Positions 1-10,534 of a stretch of 64,000 nucleotides of DNA are shown one piece after another. The stretch comes from Eledone cirrhosa (taxonomy: Eukaryota): the NCBI GenBank assembly GCA_964016885.1, contig OZ024741.1:227912001-227976000 (forward strand). The letters run 5' to 3'. The notes below the pieces were generated by a model. The model had not been told where the DNA came from, made no database searches, and worked only from the letters and a program-made list of their open reading frames with translations. How positions within the stretch are numbered: position 1 is the first letter of the stretch; each line of letters begins with the position of its first letter. A program made the translations under genes and the position numbers.

Positions 1-60
1 TGTTAGAAACCGACTCTCTCTATTGGCAAACATTTGTGAAATTATAAAGCGAGAAGAACA

Positions 61-186
61 TACATACATGCATACATATATACATACATAATACTTTCCT
101 ACATACATACATACATACATACATACATACATACATACATACATACATACATACGTACATACGTTCATAGGTACGAACATACATAG
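61..186. repeat. (TACA)n microsatellite (resumes at 573-720)
   Basis: Visible tetranucleotide array on both sides of the 187-572 element. Confidence 0.95.
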
Positions 187-572
187 ATGGTGGCTGCCAA
201 CTCGTTTTCGGGTACGGCCACTATTTTATATCCATGTAGGAGAAACCCTACCGATGCGCTGAACGAGTGTGACTTTTTAGTCCAGCCAGCGACTTGAAAA
301 CTCTGGTACAAACACTACACTTGTGACAATTATTGACACATACTGCTGGGCCCATGGTACCATGCGACGACAAGTGCAGAGAGATCTACAGATATAGCAA
401 TGCATGTGCCGTGAAACTTTTATAGTGAGCAAAGGCACTGCACAAAGCCAGCCCCTCTCTCTTAACCAAGATGATATTTACCAAAAAGAAGAACAAGTCA
501 ACATCATTGGATACCATCAGGGTTGTAGGTGTTATATCAGAGTATTCCTTCTCCTAGAATTCTGCCTTGACA
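187..572 (-). mobile_element. RTE-derived non-autonomous retroposon (bipartite SINE), 5'-truncated copy 1
   Basis: Highly similar to 10107-10519 (opposite strand) and 55544-56110. Its 3' end matches the RTE 3' terminus at 13190-13223. Confidence 0.8.
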
Positions 573-875
573 TACATACATACATACATACGTACATACA
601 TACATATATACATACCTATTTTCCTACATACATACATACATACATACATACATACGTATATACGTACATACATACATACATACATACATACATACGTACA
701 TACATACAACATACATACATTCTATATACATACTTATATGTGTGTAGCGTCATTACGTATGCCCATGCGTTGTATGTTCCTATAATTTTTAGTTGTCAAT
801 TATATATTTCATGTATTCCAATCAAAGATTGCTTCTTTATGTAGTAACCTTCACCATGGGCGAAGAATCACTCAC

Positions 876-983
876 CAAATTCTTTGGCAATTTCAGCATA
901 TAAAGAGATCAAAGAAAGTGCCATTTCAATACTGAACGTCTTTGATCCATCAATGATCATAATTCTTCTAGATGAAAAGTAAC
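876..983 (-). CDS. possible isolated host exon (108 nt, phase 1-1), product unknown
   Basis: Pyrimidine-rich tract plus CCCAAG| acceptor, TTG|GTGAGT donor, one open frame (G)YFSSRRIMIIDGSKTFSIEMALSLISLYAEIAKEF, in sequence not repeated in the window. Confidence 0.3.
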
Positions 984-1183
984 CTTGGGCAGTGTATAAA
1001 AAGATAAAAGACAATATAAGTTCTTTTCTTACCAGCTGCTTTTTGATCCTTCGCAGGACTGACAAATTATATAACACTGTGATATATTTAGTATATATAT
1101 ATCTATAACTCTATATCTTTAGTATATATACACCCACAGACATACAGACAGACGATTGCACACAATTAGACACACACACATAC

Positions 1184-1272
<89 letters not shown>

Positions 1273-1475
1273 CACATACATACAACACTGTAACGTAATA
1301 TTTTTATTACTTATATAACTGCGTGAAAACGTTAATATATATATATATTAGGGTAAATATTGATGCAACTCAATTCAAGCACTCAACGTAATTTTTTCCA
1401 CATAGGAGTGACGGAGTAAATATCGAATAAGGAAAAGCGAAGTAGTTTCAGATGTTCAAGTCCTTTAATAATAAT

Positions 1476-1540
1476 GCTGTGATATATATTTCAATGACGA
1501 CACTGTTCTGTGTGCGAGTGTCGTGACATCATCAGACAGC
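1476..1540 (-). ncRNA. type I hammerhead ribozyme (inverted copy)
   Basis: Reverse-complement copy of 3144-3217 with a short deletion in the stem II region. Confidence 0.7.
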
Positions 1541-3143
1541 TTGTTACATAATAAAGTTATGTTTCCGAGGCAATCCAAATTGAATCGACACGGGAACGGA
1601 TGAAGTGTGTGCTTTTGAGTTCTTCATCCGTTCCGCTGTGAGTACCAATTCACCCCCACCGGTCTGCGCATGATACCTAGAATTAAGTTTATTTTCTCTT
1701 ATGAGTTGATGGTCAGTCGTACTGTCCACGCTTAGTGAGAGGTAGTATTGTGACCTGTAAAAACTAACACTCTCCCATCCCCTCTGGCTTTCGGCTGACT
1801 GCCACAGTCGGGATGGGTTGCAGTAAACTATGGTACAGGCCTAGGTGGGCCATTGTTTGGCTGAGAGGGTGAACTGACTAAGCGAATTTCGTTGAAATCT
1901 GCGGTAGCTAATGGTCAACTTCCTTCGGGCATGCGCCTTCGGGCATACGCTTTTCCTTATTCGATATTTACTCCGTCACTCCTATGTGGAAAAAGTACGT
2001 TGAGTGCTTGAATTGAATTGCATCAATATTTACCCTAAGAATTTAGCTCAAATTAGTTGAGCGCTCTATGATGTAACCGATATGGTGGAGAAGAGAGGAA
2101 CTAACCATGAGCTACCCCTGGAAATTCTCTCTACCATGGGGATGGAAACCCCTGACACTGGACGGACATAATAGTAACTTTCGGCAGGATAAATACGCGG
2201 AAACAAAATCTAAGATAAACCCCTATTTTCCTGCACCAAATCGCATTTGAACAGAAGCCCCCTCAATTCAATCTATACATTGATAGATTGACAATCATAT
2301 GGATCATTTTGCATATATGTACTCTGTGTTTTTGCATTCATTTATTCATTATTGGTTCTTTTCTTTTGTGTACTTTATGTCTGTTTTTCTTTGGTTTTGT
2401 TCCATGTGATGGAAATTATGACTGTGTACCAGATTGACTACTACCTTGAATACTGTAGTTTACCCTCTGTTCTAATGTACGGCACTGTCGTTCAATATGT
2501 GAATAGAGTAACTGTGACATTAGAACCCCTCTCAGAACTTCTTACTTAAACATCTCTCTCCATATTATTTACTCACTTCAATCTATATTTTTTTACTCAC
2601 CTCAATCCGGATTCTCACTTGAAAAATTTTTTAATTTCTAATTGTTAATTTTTTTTTTTAATTGTTTAATTTATAATTTCTGATATTTGATTTAGGATTT
2701 TAATTTTTATTTCCAACTCTCACTCTTAACTTCCAATGTAAAACCATGATACCTAGAATTAAGTTTATTTTCTCTTATGAGTTGATGGTCAGTCGTAGTG
2801 TCCACGCTTGGTGAGAGGTAGTATTGTGACCTGTAAAAACTAACACTCTCCCATCCCCTCTGGCTTTCAGCTGACTGCCACAGTCGGGATGGGTAGCAGT
2901 AAACTATGGTACAGGCCTAGGTGGGCCATTGTTTGGCTGAGAGGGTGAACTGACTAAGCGAATTTCGTTGAAATCTGCGGTAGCTAATGGTCAACTTCCT
3001 TCGGGCATGCGCCTGCGTAGACCGGTGGGCGTGAATTGTTATTCACAGGGAAACGGATGAAGAACTCAAAAGCACACACTTCATCCGTTCCCATGTCGAT
3101 TCAATTTGGATTGTCTCGGAAACATAACTTTATTATGTAACAA

Positions 3144-3217
3144 GCTGTCTGATGATGTCATGACACTCGCACACAGAACAGTGAGGCCCGTGTCGTCATT
3201 GAAATATATATCACAGC
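3144..3217 (+). ncRNA. type I hammerhead ribozyme
   Basis: gctgt-CTGATGA-stem II (atgacac...gtgtcgt)-GAAA-tatata-TC-acagc. Stem I gctgt/acagc pairs perfectly. Confidence 0.8.
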
Positions 3218-3264
3218 ATTATTATTAAAGGACTTGAACATCTGAAACTACTTCGCTTTTCCTT

Positions 3265-3339
<75 letters not shown>

Positions 3340-4215
3340 TACATAAGTATCAAAGTTATGTTCAAATCATTTAATCGCTGACAATTGTTTCTTCCAAACT
3401 TTAGTTTGGAATCATCGGAGCATTATCAATGTTTGTACATATAATTAACCTCCTATTCAACTGAACAATCATATAGATACATATATATTGATGTTGTGAA
3501 CAGCAGTTTAGTATGTACAAGGTGTAATGGATGCGACATATATTATACGAGAATTGTACAATAATTCAAATTAAAATTAAAATTAAAATTAAAAGCACAG
3601 ATTGGAATACATGCGACAGATAATACAAGAGAATAGTGTAACAATTAAAGAGGCATTGAGAAAGAAGTACATATTCGAAAGCGTGTAGAGATTGCACATG
3701 CGTTAGTCATATATATGAGAAGGAAACAAGCAAAGGCATTAGGCATATATAAATACTGTATGGCAAGGTATTACATAAAATACAAGCACTTTAAGCGAAT
3801 GTGTTGGTGTCTTATGGAGGATGTAATGCGATGATAGTTTCTGTAGAGTTCAAATTTGTATGTGTGGAGAATATGAAAGTTACTGATTTCCCATCCATTA
3901 CATATTTTAAGTTATATTTTAGTTAATGTTTGTATTGAATGTTTTTAGTTAGTTATAGTAATGGATTTTAACTTGGTCTTATTGTATTCTTATTCATGGA
4001 TTGGAGTTGTTCTACAGCGAGATTTTCCAACGGTTTAATATCCTTAAAATATAACTTAACATATGTAATGGATGGGAAATCAGTAACTGATTTGAACATA
4101 AATTTGATATTTGTGTATTTTATATTCCTGCTCTGTAAAACACCTGATGTTCTTACATTGAGCTATTTCTCTTACTGGTAATAAGGTAGTAATAAATTAC
4201 TGACCTTTCCTGTTT
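3340..4215 (-). mobile_element. PLE pLTR-like repeat (same family as 48580-50657) with HHR-like motif at 3373-3424
   Basis: Minus strand gct-CCGATGA-ttccaaac taaa gtttggaa-GAAA-caattg-TC-agc. Internal inverted segment (~3878-3920 vs ~4045-4090). Homology to 48580-49690. Confidence 0.6.
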
Positions 4216-4262
4216 ATATTTCTTTATAGTATAATATATACATAACTATAAATAGTATCATT

Positions 4263-4324
<62 letters not shown>

Positions 4325-4736
4325 CATACTAATTGAGTATGGTTTGGAAGCCGCTACAATGGAGACGAAGTTGTAAATAGTGAGGTAACAAAACCGGATA
4401 ATGGTGAAGTAGAAAGGTAAGATTGATCGGAGGAAGGAAAAGAAAACGAAAATCAAGAGATTGGTAATATTTAATATATCCAATATATTTATATTTCGGA
4501 TAACTGCCATTTCTCAAGAGATAGCTCATCCAGAAAGCAAACGATATGGGGGCCTAACGGTATTCTCCGATACATTTGTAAGTTGCCAACAGCACCCTTA
4601 AGAGTGGATAGCTTATTTTAAATATATTGATAATGAATATTACCAAAGTAACAGGTACTCTCCTTTCTCTCCCTTTCCTCTGCTATTCCTTACTTTTCTC
4701 CTTTCATATTTAGCATCTGCATCAAAAACACCCTAT

Positions 4737-4813
<77 letters not shown>

Positions 4814-4877
4814 AAGTATTTCCGAAGAAACAGCAAAGGAAAAAAGAGCGCTCTGTATATAGAAGAGAGCTATTTAA

Positions 4878-5111
4878 TTAGAAAGTGAACAACACAATGC
4901 ATAACTACTCCATTACCAAAGGTTTCAGGATCCTAGACAATATTAACATACGTCTGGATCATTCTTCAGACAGAGAGGTTATGAAAAAAACAAAACAAAA
5001 AAAAAGACCGCTCTGTCTGATGAACGATCTAGACATATATGTTAATATTGTCTAGGGTCCTGAAACCTTTGGTAATGGAGTAGTTATATATTGTGTTGTT
5101 CACTTTCTAAT
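4878..5111. mobile_element. fold-back cassette (~100-bp inverted arms) with an HHR in each arm
   Basis: 4878-4975 is the inverse of 5011-5111, separated by an A-rich spacer. Confidence 0.75.
5011..5080 (+). ncRNA. type I hammerhead ribozyme (mirror copy at 4908-4975, minus strand)
   Basis: ctctgt-CTGATGA-(gatctagaca...tgtctagggtc)-GAAA-cctttgg-TA-atggag. Stem I pairs using G-U. Confidence 0.75.
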
Positions 5112-5221
5112 AATATATAAACATATATTTCCATTTCTCGCCGTAGCCGCTATCCACATTTCCAGGTGTACTTTACTTTACACGATTTTCTCAACTATTG
5201 TTTAAAATGATGGATTATAAT

Positions 5222-6275
5222 AGACAGAATCGGTAGAGTGTCGGACAACATGCTTTGCGGTATAGAGTTACGGCCCTTTACGTTCTGAGTTCAAATCCCG
5301 CCAATGCTAACTTTGCCTTTCATCTTTACGGGGTCGATAAAATAAAGCACCAGTAATGCACTGGGGTCGATTTAATCGACTTTCCTCTCCCTTCAAATTC
5401 TTGGCCTTGTGCCTACATCAGAAATCATTATTATTATTATTATGGGCGGTGGATTGGCAAAATCGGTAGAGCATCGGACAACATGCTTTGCAGCATCGAG
5501 TTATGGTCCTTTACGTTCTGAGTTTAAATCCCGCCGAGGTTAACTTTGCCTTTCATCCTTACGGGGTCGATAAAATAAAGCACCAGTAATACACTGGATG
5601 CTTGTTGACCTTGTGCCAAAATTAGAAACAATTATTATTATTATAGTCGCACACATTTCAAAATTTCACAATGTTTCTTAAGTCAATCTATTTGTTTATA
5701 CTTTTGGCGACAAAGCTGGTCAGCGGCTCTTTAGTAGACAGCACACTCGCTCGGCATTACAGAGACGCAGGTTTCGATTTCTCGTTAGCCCCTCATTTCA
5801 CATTTTCGTCTCCAGTGGTAATTTGCTCGATTTTCTCAATCATTGTTTATAGTTGATAAATATTAGCGGTGGATTGGCAGTATCGGTAGAGGGTCGGACG
5901 CCATACTTTGCAGCATAGAGTTGCGGTCCTTTACGGTCTGAGTTCAAATCCCGCCGAAGTTAACTTTACCTTTCATCCTTACGGGGTCGATAAAATAAAA
6001 TACCAGTCACGCACTGGGGTCAATTTAATCGACTTTCCCCTCCACCAAAATTGCTGGCCTTGTGCCTATATAAGTAACGATTATTATGTTAATTATTGGC
6101 AGTATCAGTGGAGAGTCGGACTCCATGCTTTTCAGTACAGAGTTTCGGCCATTTACGTTCTGAGTTCAAATCCCGCCGAGGTTAACTTTGCCTTTCATCC
6201 TTAAGGGGTCGATAAAATAAAGTACCAGTAATGCACTGGGATAATTGCTGGTCTTGTGCCTATATAAGAAACCAT
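5222..6275 (+). mobile_element. cluster of 4 tRNA-derived SINEs (~5222-5430, 5444-5632, 5866-6075, 6096-6275)
   Basis: A box TGGCAGTATCGG, B box GAGTTCAAATCC, conserved body ctttgcctttcatccttacggggtcgataaaataaagtaccagt, (ATT)n tails. Confidence 0.9.
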
Positions 6276-6847
6276 TATTATGTAAAGGATATGGAGATGC
6301 TCGTTGGATTACTGTCGTACTGTCACTTTCCATTGCCAAATTGTTTAGTCTCTATTGGTCGTGTGTTTTATTATATCAAATTTCAATTACGTATTATTCG
6401 GTTGATGTCTATATTGACTCTGAGACGTATTATGTCTAATCTCACTAAATTTTGTTACTATCTTACAGTTATTGTATTAGGCATTTTTTCATTGATTTAT
6501 TCGCTGATCAATGTTTGTTTCTGGTCAATTAAATCGTTATCCGGGGTGGCGGAAACTGCCATGCATCACAAGCCCCCGTCTATTACGTCGTCAAATATTT
6601 ATAATTTTCTCTCTTGAGTATGAAATGTGGTTCGATAAGGGATTTACAATCCTTTATTGTGTATTGCGGAACGAGTTTATATGCTGTGTGTATCTGGCTT
6701 TGAACGCCCCTGATTTTCCCTGATGTTTGCTGTATTATATAAAATTATCACCGAAAAAGCATGGCTTTGATTTGTTGTAGTGGTATCAATATTCGAAAAT
6801 GGGTTGTGCATGTATGTATGTATGTAAATATGTATGTTTATGGATCC

Positions 6848-6945
<98 letters not shown>

Positions 6946-7264
6946 AGAGAGAGAGGGGGGAGAGAGGGGGGAGAGGGGAGAGAGAGAGAAACAAGAGAGG
7001 GAGGGGTAGAGAGAATTCATATTCTGTTTAATGACCCAAACTCTTCAATTACATTCCAGGAAGAGTGGCAACTTTTCAACAGTCTACATATATAACGCAT
7101 AATACACAAACGTACGCATACAGATACACATGCATACACACAGATACATACACACACACACATATATATATATTTATATATACATATGTTTGTGTATGTA
7201 TGTATGCACGTATTACGTATGTATACCCCATATATATACAAATATATACATATATCTGTATATA

Positions 7265-8201
7265 TCTGTATATATATATAATTAAGTATGTGTGTGTGTG
7301 TGTCTGTGTATTACCTATAGGGGCCTACATCTTACGACCGATTTTCATGAAGATTTATAGGCTCATAGATTAGTAATCGGGGAGTGTTTTCTATATATCA
7401 GCGTATCGATTTTTTTAATCCGGGGTCATTCTGCAGATAAAAATCGATAGGGGGGGGGGGGGTCACCTTTTTTTAGGTATCGAAATATAAGATCTTTGGC
7501 TCTAGCTCCCACATTTTGCCACCGATTTCGTTCAAATTTTAAAGCAAAATAGAATTTATCATTGCACATCCTGTAATGGCCTTATATTTTGCCTTTGTTG
7601 TTCAGGGACGGCCTGGCAGCCGCTTAAATATTCAAAATACCACTTTTAGACTCAAATTTCCACTTTTTCGGCTCTAGCTCCCACATTAATCAACCTACTT
7701 TGTTCAAATTTTACACTACGCTAGATCTGATTATTTCGCGTTTTAAAGTGGCTTTACATTTTGGATTTTTTGTTCAGGAACGGTGTGGCAGCCGCTTAAA
7801 TATACGAAAATACCATCCTTTCGCTCAAATTTCCGCCTTTTCGGCTCTAGCTCCCACATTTTTCAACCGATTTCGTTCAAATTCAAAACTTCGGCTCCAC
7901 CTCACACATAAATCAATTTATTTGGTTCAACTTTTATACTATGATAGAAACTATCATTGCACATCTTATAGTCGCTTTACACTTTGCATTTTCTGTTCAT
8001 GGACGGCGTGGCAGCCGTTTAACTCTTCAAAATACGATTTTTTCCACCTCCCACTTATTTCATACGATTTCACTCAACATTTCGCCATTTGCTACACCTT
8101 ACGACCGATTTTCAAGAAACACGCACTCGCTAAGATCAATACCTTTTCATCAAAGCAGATATTATTTTACCTACCCAGGCAACGCTGGGTACTGCTGCTA
8201 G
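7265..8201 (+). mobile_element. non-autonomous Helitron-type element with ~172-bp internal subrepeats
   Basis: 3' hairpin acccag-gcaacg-ctgggt (8173-8190) then CTAG|T at 8198-8202. Putative TC 5' end. ggctctagctcccacatt recurs at ~7499, 7670, 7843. Confidence 0.7.
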
Positions 8202-8236
<35 letters not shown>

Positions 8237-8423
8237 TTGTGTGTGTGTGTAGACAGAGAGGGTGAGAGACAGTGGGGGGGGGGGAGAATAATTAACAGAA
8301 TGAGGGAAAGCTGTATCATATAATACACATTACCATACTTCCAGTGTGTAATTGTTTGTTTGCTGAAATTCACCAAACGGATAATACTTTTTCATTTTTA
8401 ATAACAATAACATAGAGTAAAAT

Positions 8424-8610
8424 AATTGTTTCTACTTTTGGCACAAGGCCAGCAATTAACCAGTGCATTATTGGTACTTTATTTTATCGACACCGTAAGG
8501 ATGAGAGGCAAAGTTAACCTCGGCGGGATTTGAACTCAGAATGGCAAAGGCCGTAACTCTATGCGTCAAAGCATGGCGTCCGACCCTCTACCGATACTGA
8601 CAATCCACCG
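8424..8610 (-). mobile_element. tRNA-derived SINE
   Basis: Reverse complement of the SINE consensus, including A and B boxes. Confidence 0.9.
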
Positions 8611-8912
8611 AGTAATATATTAGACTATATACAGATGTGTACATCTATTTCTCTGTCTAACTATCAATCTGTCTGCCACATCTATCAATCAATCTATATG
8701 CAAAGTGAATCTTGCATTAATGGCAAGTTAGTTAAAACAACAGCGTGTTTCGATCTTGTTAGAACTCTTCAGGGAAGCGATCTATTAACCTATTCGGTTT
8801 TGAAACTGTAAGGATAGTTTCACTTAATTGAAGGTTTTTCAACTATTCCCTTTTTAAACATGAGCCACTACATGTGTATATGTATGTATATGTGTATATA
8901 TATGTTTGTATA

Positions 8913-8956
<44 letters not shown>

Positions 8957-8959
<3 letters not shown>

Positions 8960-9142
8960 ACGAGTAGGACCCCGACGGCTGAGCTCATGCCGTTTCGTCG
9001 GCTAATGTCCAGAATTAGCCGTCGAAACGGCTTGAGCTCAGCCGTCGTGGTCCTACTCGTTCCTATTACCCACTCTACTACCCTAAGTATTGAGTACTTT
9101 GGTGCGTTATGGTCCACCTGGTTCCTTACCACATTTCCTTCG

Positions 9143-9144
<2 letters not shown>
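8957..9144 (+). mobile_element. fold-back mini-element containing the 3' half of an HHR plus a conserved 3' tail
   Basis: Near-perfect 107-bp hairpin 8957-9063 containing stem II-GAAA-cggc ttgagctca gccg-TC. Relatives at 9757-9925, 26601-26723, 41193-41284. Confidence 0.7.
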
Positions 9145-9228
<84 letters not shown>

Positions 9229-9232
<4 letters not shown>

Positions 9233-9719
9233 ATGATATTAAATAAATGGAAACTATATTTATAAAACCATATTTATTCTATTATATATATTTCAAGGGT
9301 ACCAACACTTTGGTACGCTCTCATCAGATAAAATACAAAGATTGTTTCATAAATATTGACATATACAGGTAGAAGATGTTGACGGTTCAAGTTTTTTTTT
9401 TGAACCGTCAAGATCTTCTACCTGTATATGTCAATATTTATAAAACAATCTTTGTATTTTATCTGATGAGAGCGTACCAAAGTGTTGGTACCCTTGAAAT
9501 ATATATAATAGAATAAATATGGTTTTATAAATATAGTTTCCATTTATTTAATATCATTGATATTATACTCCAGAAAACTTGTCGAGTGCTTCGAATCAGT
9601 TATCAACATTTATATTTGTTGAATTACCAACAAAAAAATATCCCTTTTACTTATATATTAAGTATTGAGTACTCTGGTGCGTCATAGTCCACCTGGTTCC
9701 TTACCACAATTCCCTCGTT
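9229..9719 (+). mobile_element. fold-back 3' end of the Naiad-like PLE (arms 9229-9390 / 9400-9563)
   Basis: Right arm closely matches 38055-38219, the terminus of the PLE at 35580-38219. Inserted in (TA)n. Confidence 0.8.
9457..9513 (+). ncRNA. type I hammerhead ribozyme (mirror copy at 9277-9333, minus strand)
   Basis: ttttat-CTGATGA-gagcgtacc aaagtgtt ggtaccctt-GAAA-tatata-TA-atagaa. Confidence 0.8.
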
Positions 9720-9756
9720 ATATATATATATATATATATGAAAGACAAAGATCGTA

Positions 9757-9925
9757 TGGTAAGATACCAGGTGGACCATAACACACCAGAGTACTCAATA
9801 CTTAGGGTAGCAGTGTGGGTAAAATGAACAGAATCAGAAACCTGACGGCTGAGCTCCGGCCGTTTCGGCAGCTAGATCCAAACAGCTATATATAGCTGTC
9901 GAAACGGCCGGAGCTCAGCCGTCGG
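9757..9925. mobile_element. fold-back mini-element (diverged member of the 8957 family)
   Basis: Arms 9844-9874 / 9893-9923. Inverted copy of the shared tail at 9757-9804. Confidence 0.65.
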
Positions 9926-10045
9926 TGTCTTGACTCTTTTCATATATATATATGTGTGTGTGTGTGTGTCTGTGTGTGTATTTATGTATGTATGTGTATG
10001 TGAATATGTCATATGCACGTGAGCCTGTTTTTGCCACTATACCAG

Positions 10046-10076
<31 letters not shown>

Positions 10077-10106
10077 TGTATGTATGTATGTATGTATGTA
10101 TGTCAT

Positions 10107-10519
10107 CCGGGAGAGATGACCCCTTAGCCTTTGTCAAGGCAGAATTCAAGGAGAAGGAAAACTCTGATATAACACCTGCAACCCTGATGGTATCCAATGA
10201 TGTTGACTTGTTCTTCTTTTTGGTAAATATCATCTTGGTTAAGAGAGTGGGACTGGCTTTGTGCAGTGCCTTTGCTCACTATAAAAGCTTCACGGCACAG
10301 GCATTGCTTTATATCTGGAGATCTCTCTGCACTTGTCGTCACATGGTACCATGGGCCCAGCACTATGTGTCAATAATTGTCACAAGTGTAGTGTTTGTAC
10401 CAGAGTTTTCATGTCGCAGGCTGGACTAAAAAGTCACACTCTTTCAGCGCATCGGTAGGGTTTCTCCTACATGGATATAAAGTAGTGGCCGTACTCGAAA
10501 ACGAGTTGGCAGCCACCAT
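10107..10519 (+). mobile_element. RTE-derived bipartite SINE, copy 2
   Basis: Matches 187-572 and 55544-56110. Ends ggccgtactcgaaaacgagttggcagccaccat followed by (ATGT)n. Confidence 0.8.
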
Positions 10520-10534
10520 ATGTATGTATGTATG

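Larger units (their letters stand above)
1349..3268 (+). mobile_element. non-coding PLE-like element: inverted partial pLTR followed by direct pLTR repeats
   Basis: Direct repeat 1669-1936 = 2746-3012. 1349-1670 is the inverse of 3013-3268 plus 1948-2038. Flanked by (TA)n and carries an HHR. Confidence 0.7.

Noticed and set aside
404-844. Recurrent 'MLGPWYH..CREAFIVSKG' ORF (also 10124-10363, 55700-55939) as a gene family
   Set aside because: It is the antisense reading of the RTE-derived SINE copies, has no recognisable domain, and runs into microsatellite
5444-5540. tRNA genes at SINE heads
   Set aside because: A and B boxes are present, but the spacing is extended, there is no convincing cloverleaf, and each is followed by the SINE body
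8738-8775. Hammerhead core CTGAAGA-gttct aaca agatc-GAAA on the minus strand
   Set aside because: Stem I does not pair, so it is counted only as a degenerate motif and not called as a ribozyme
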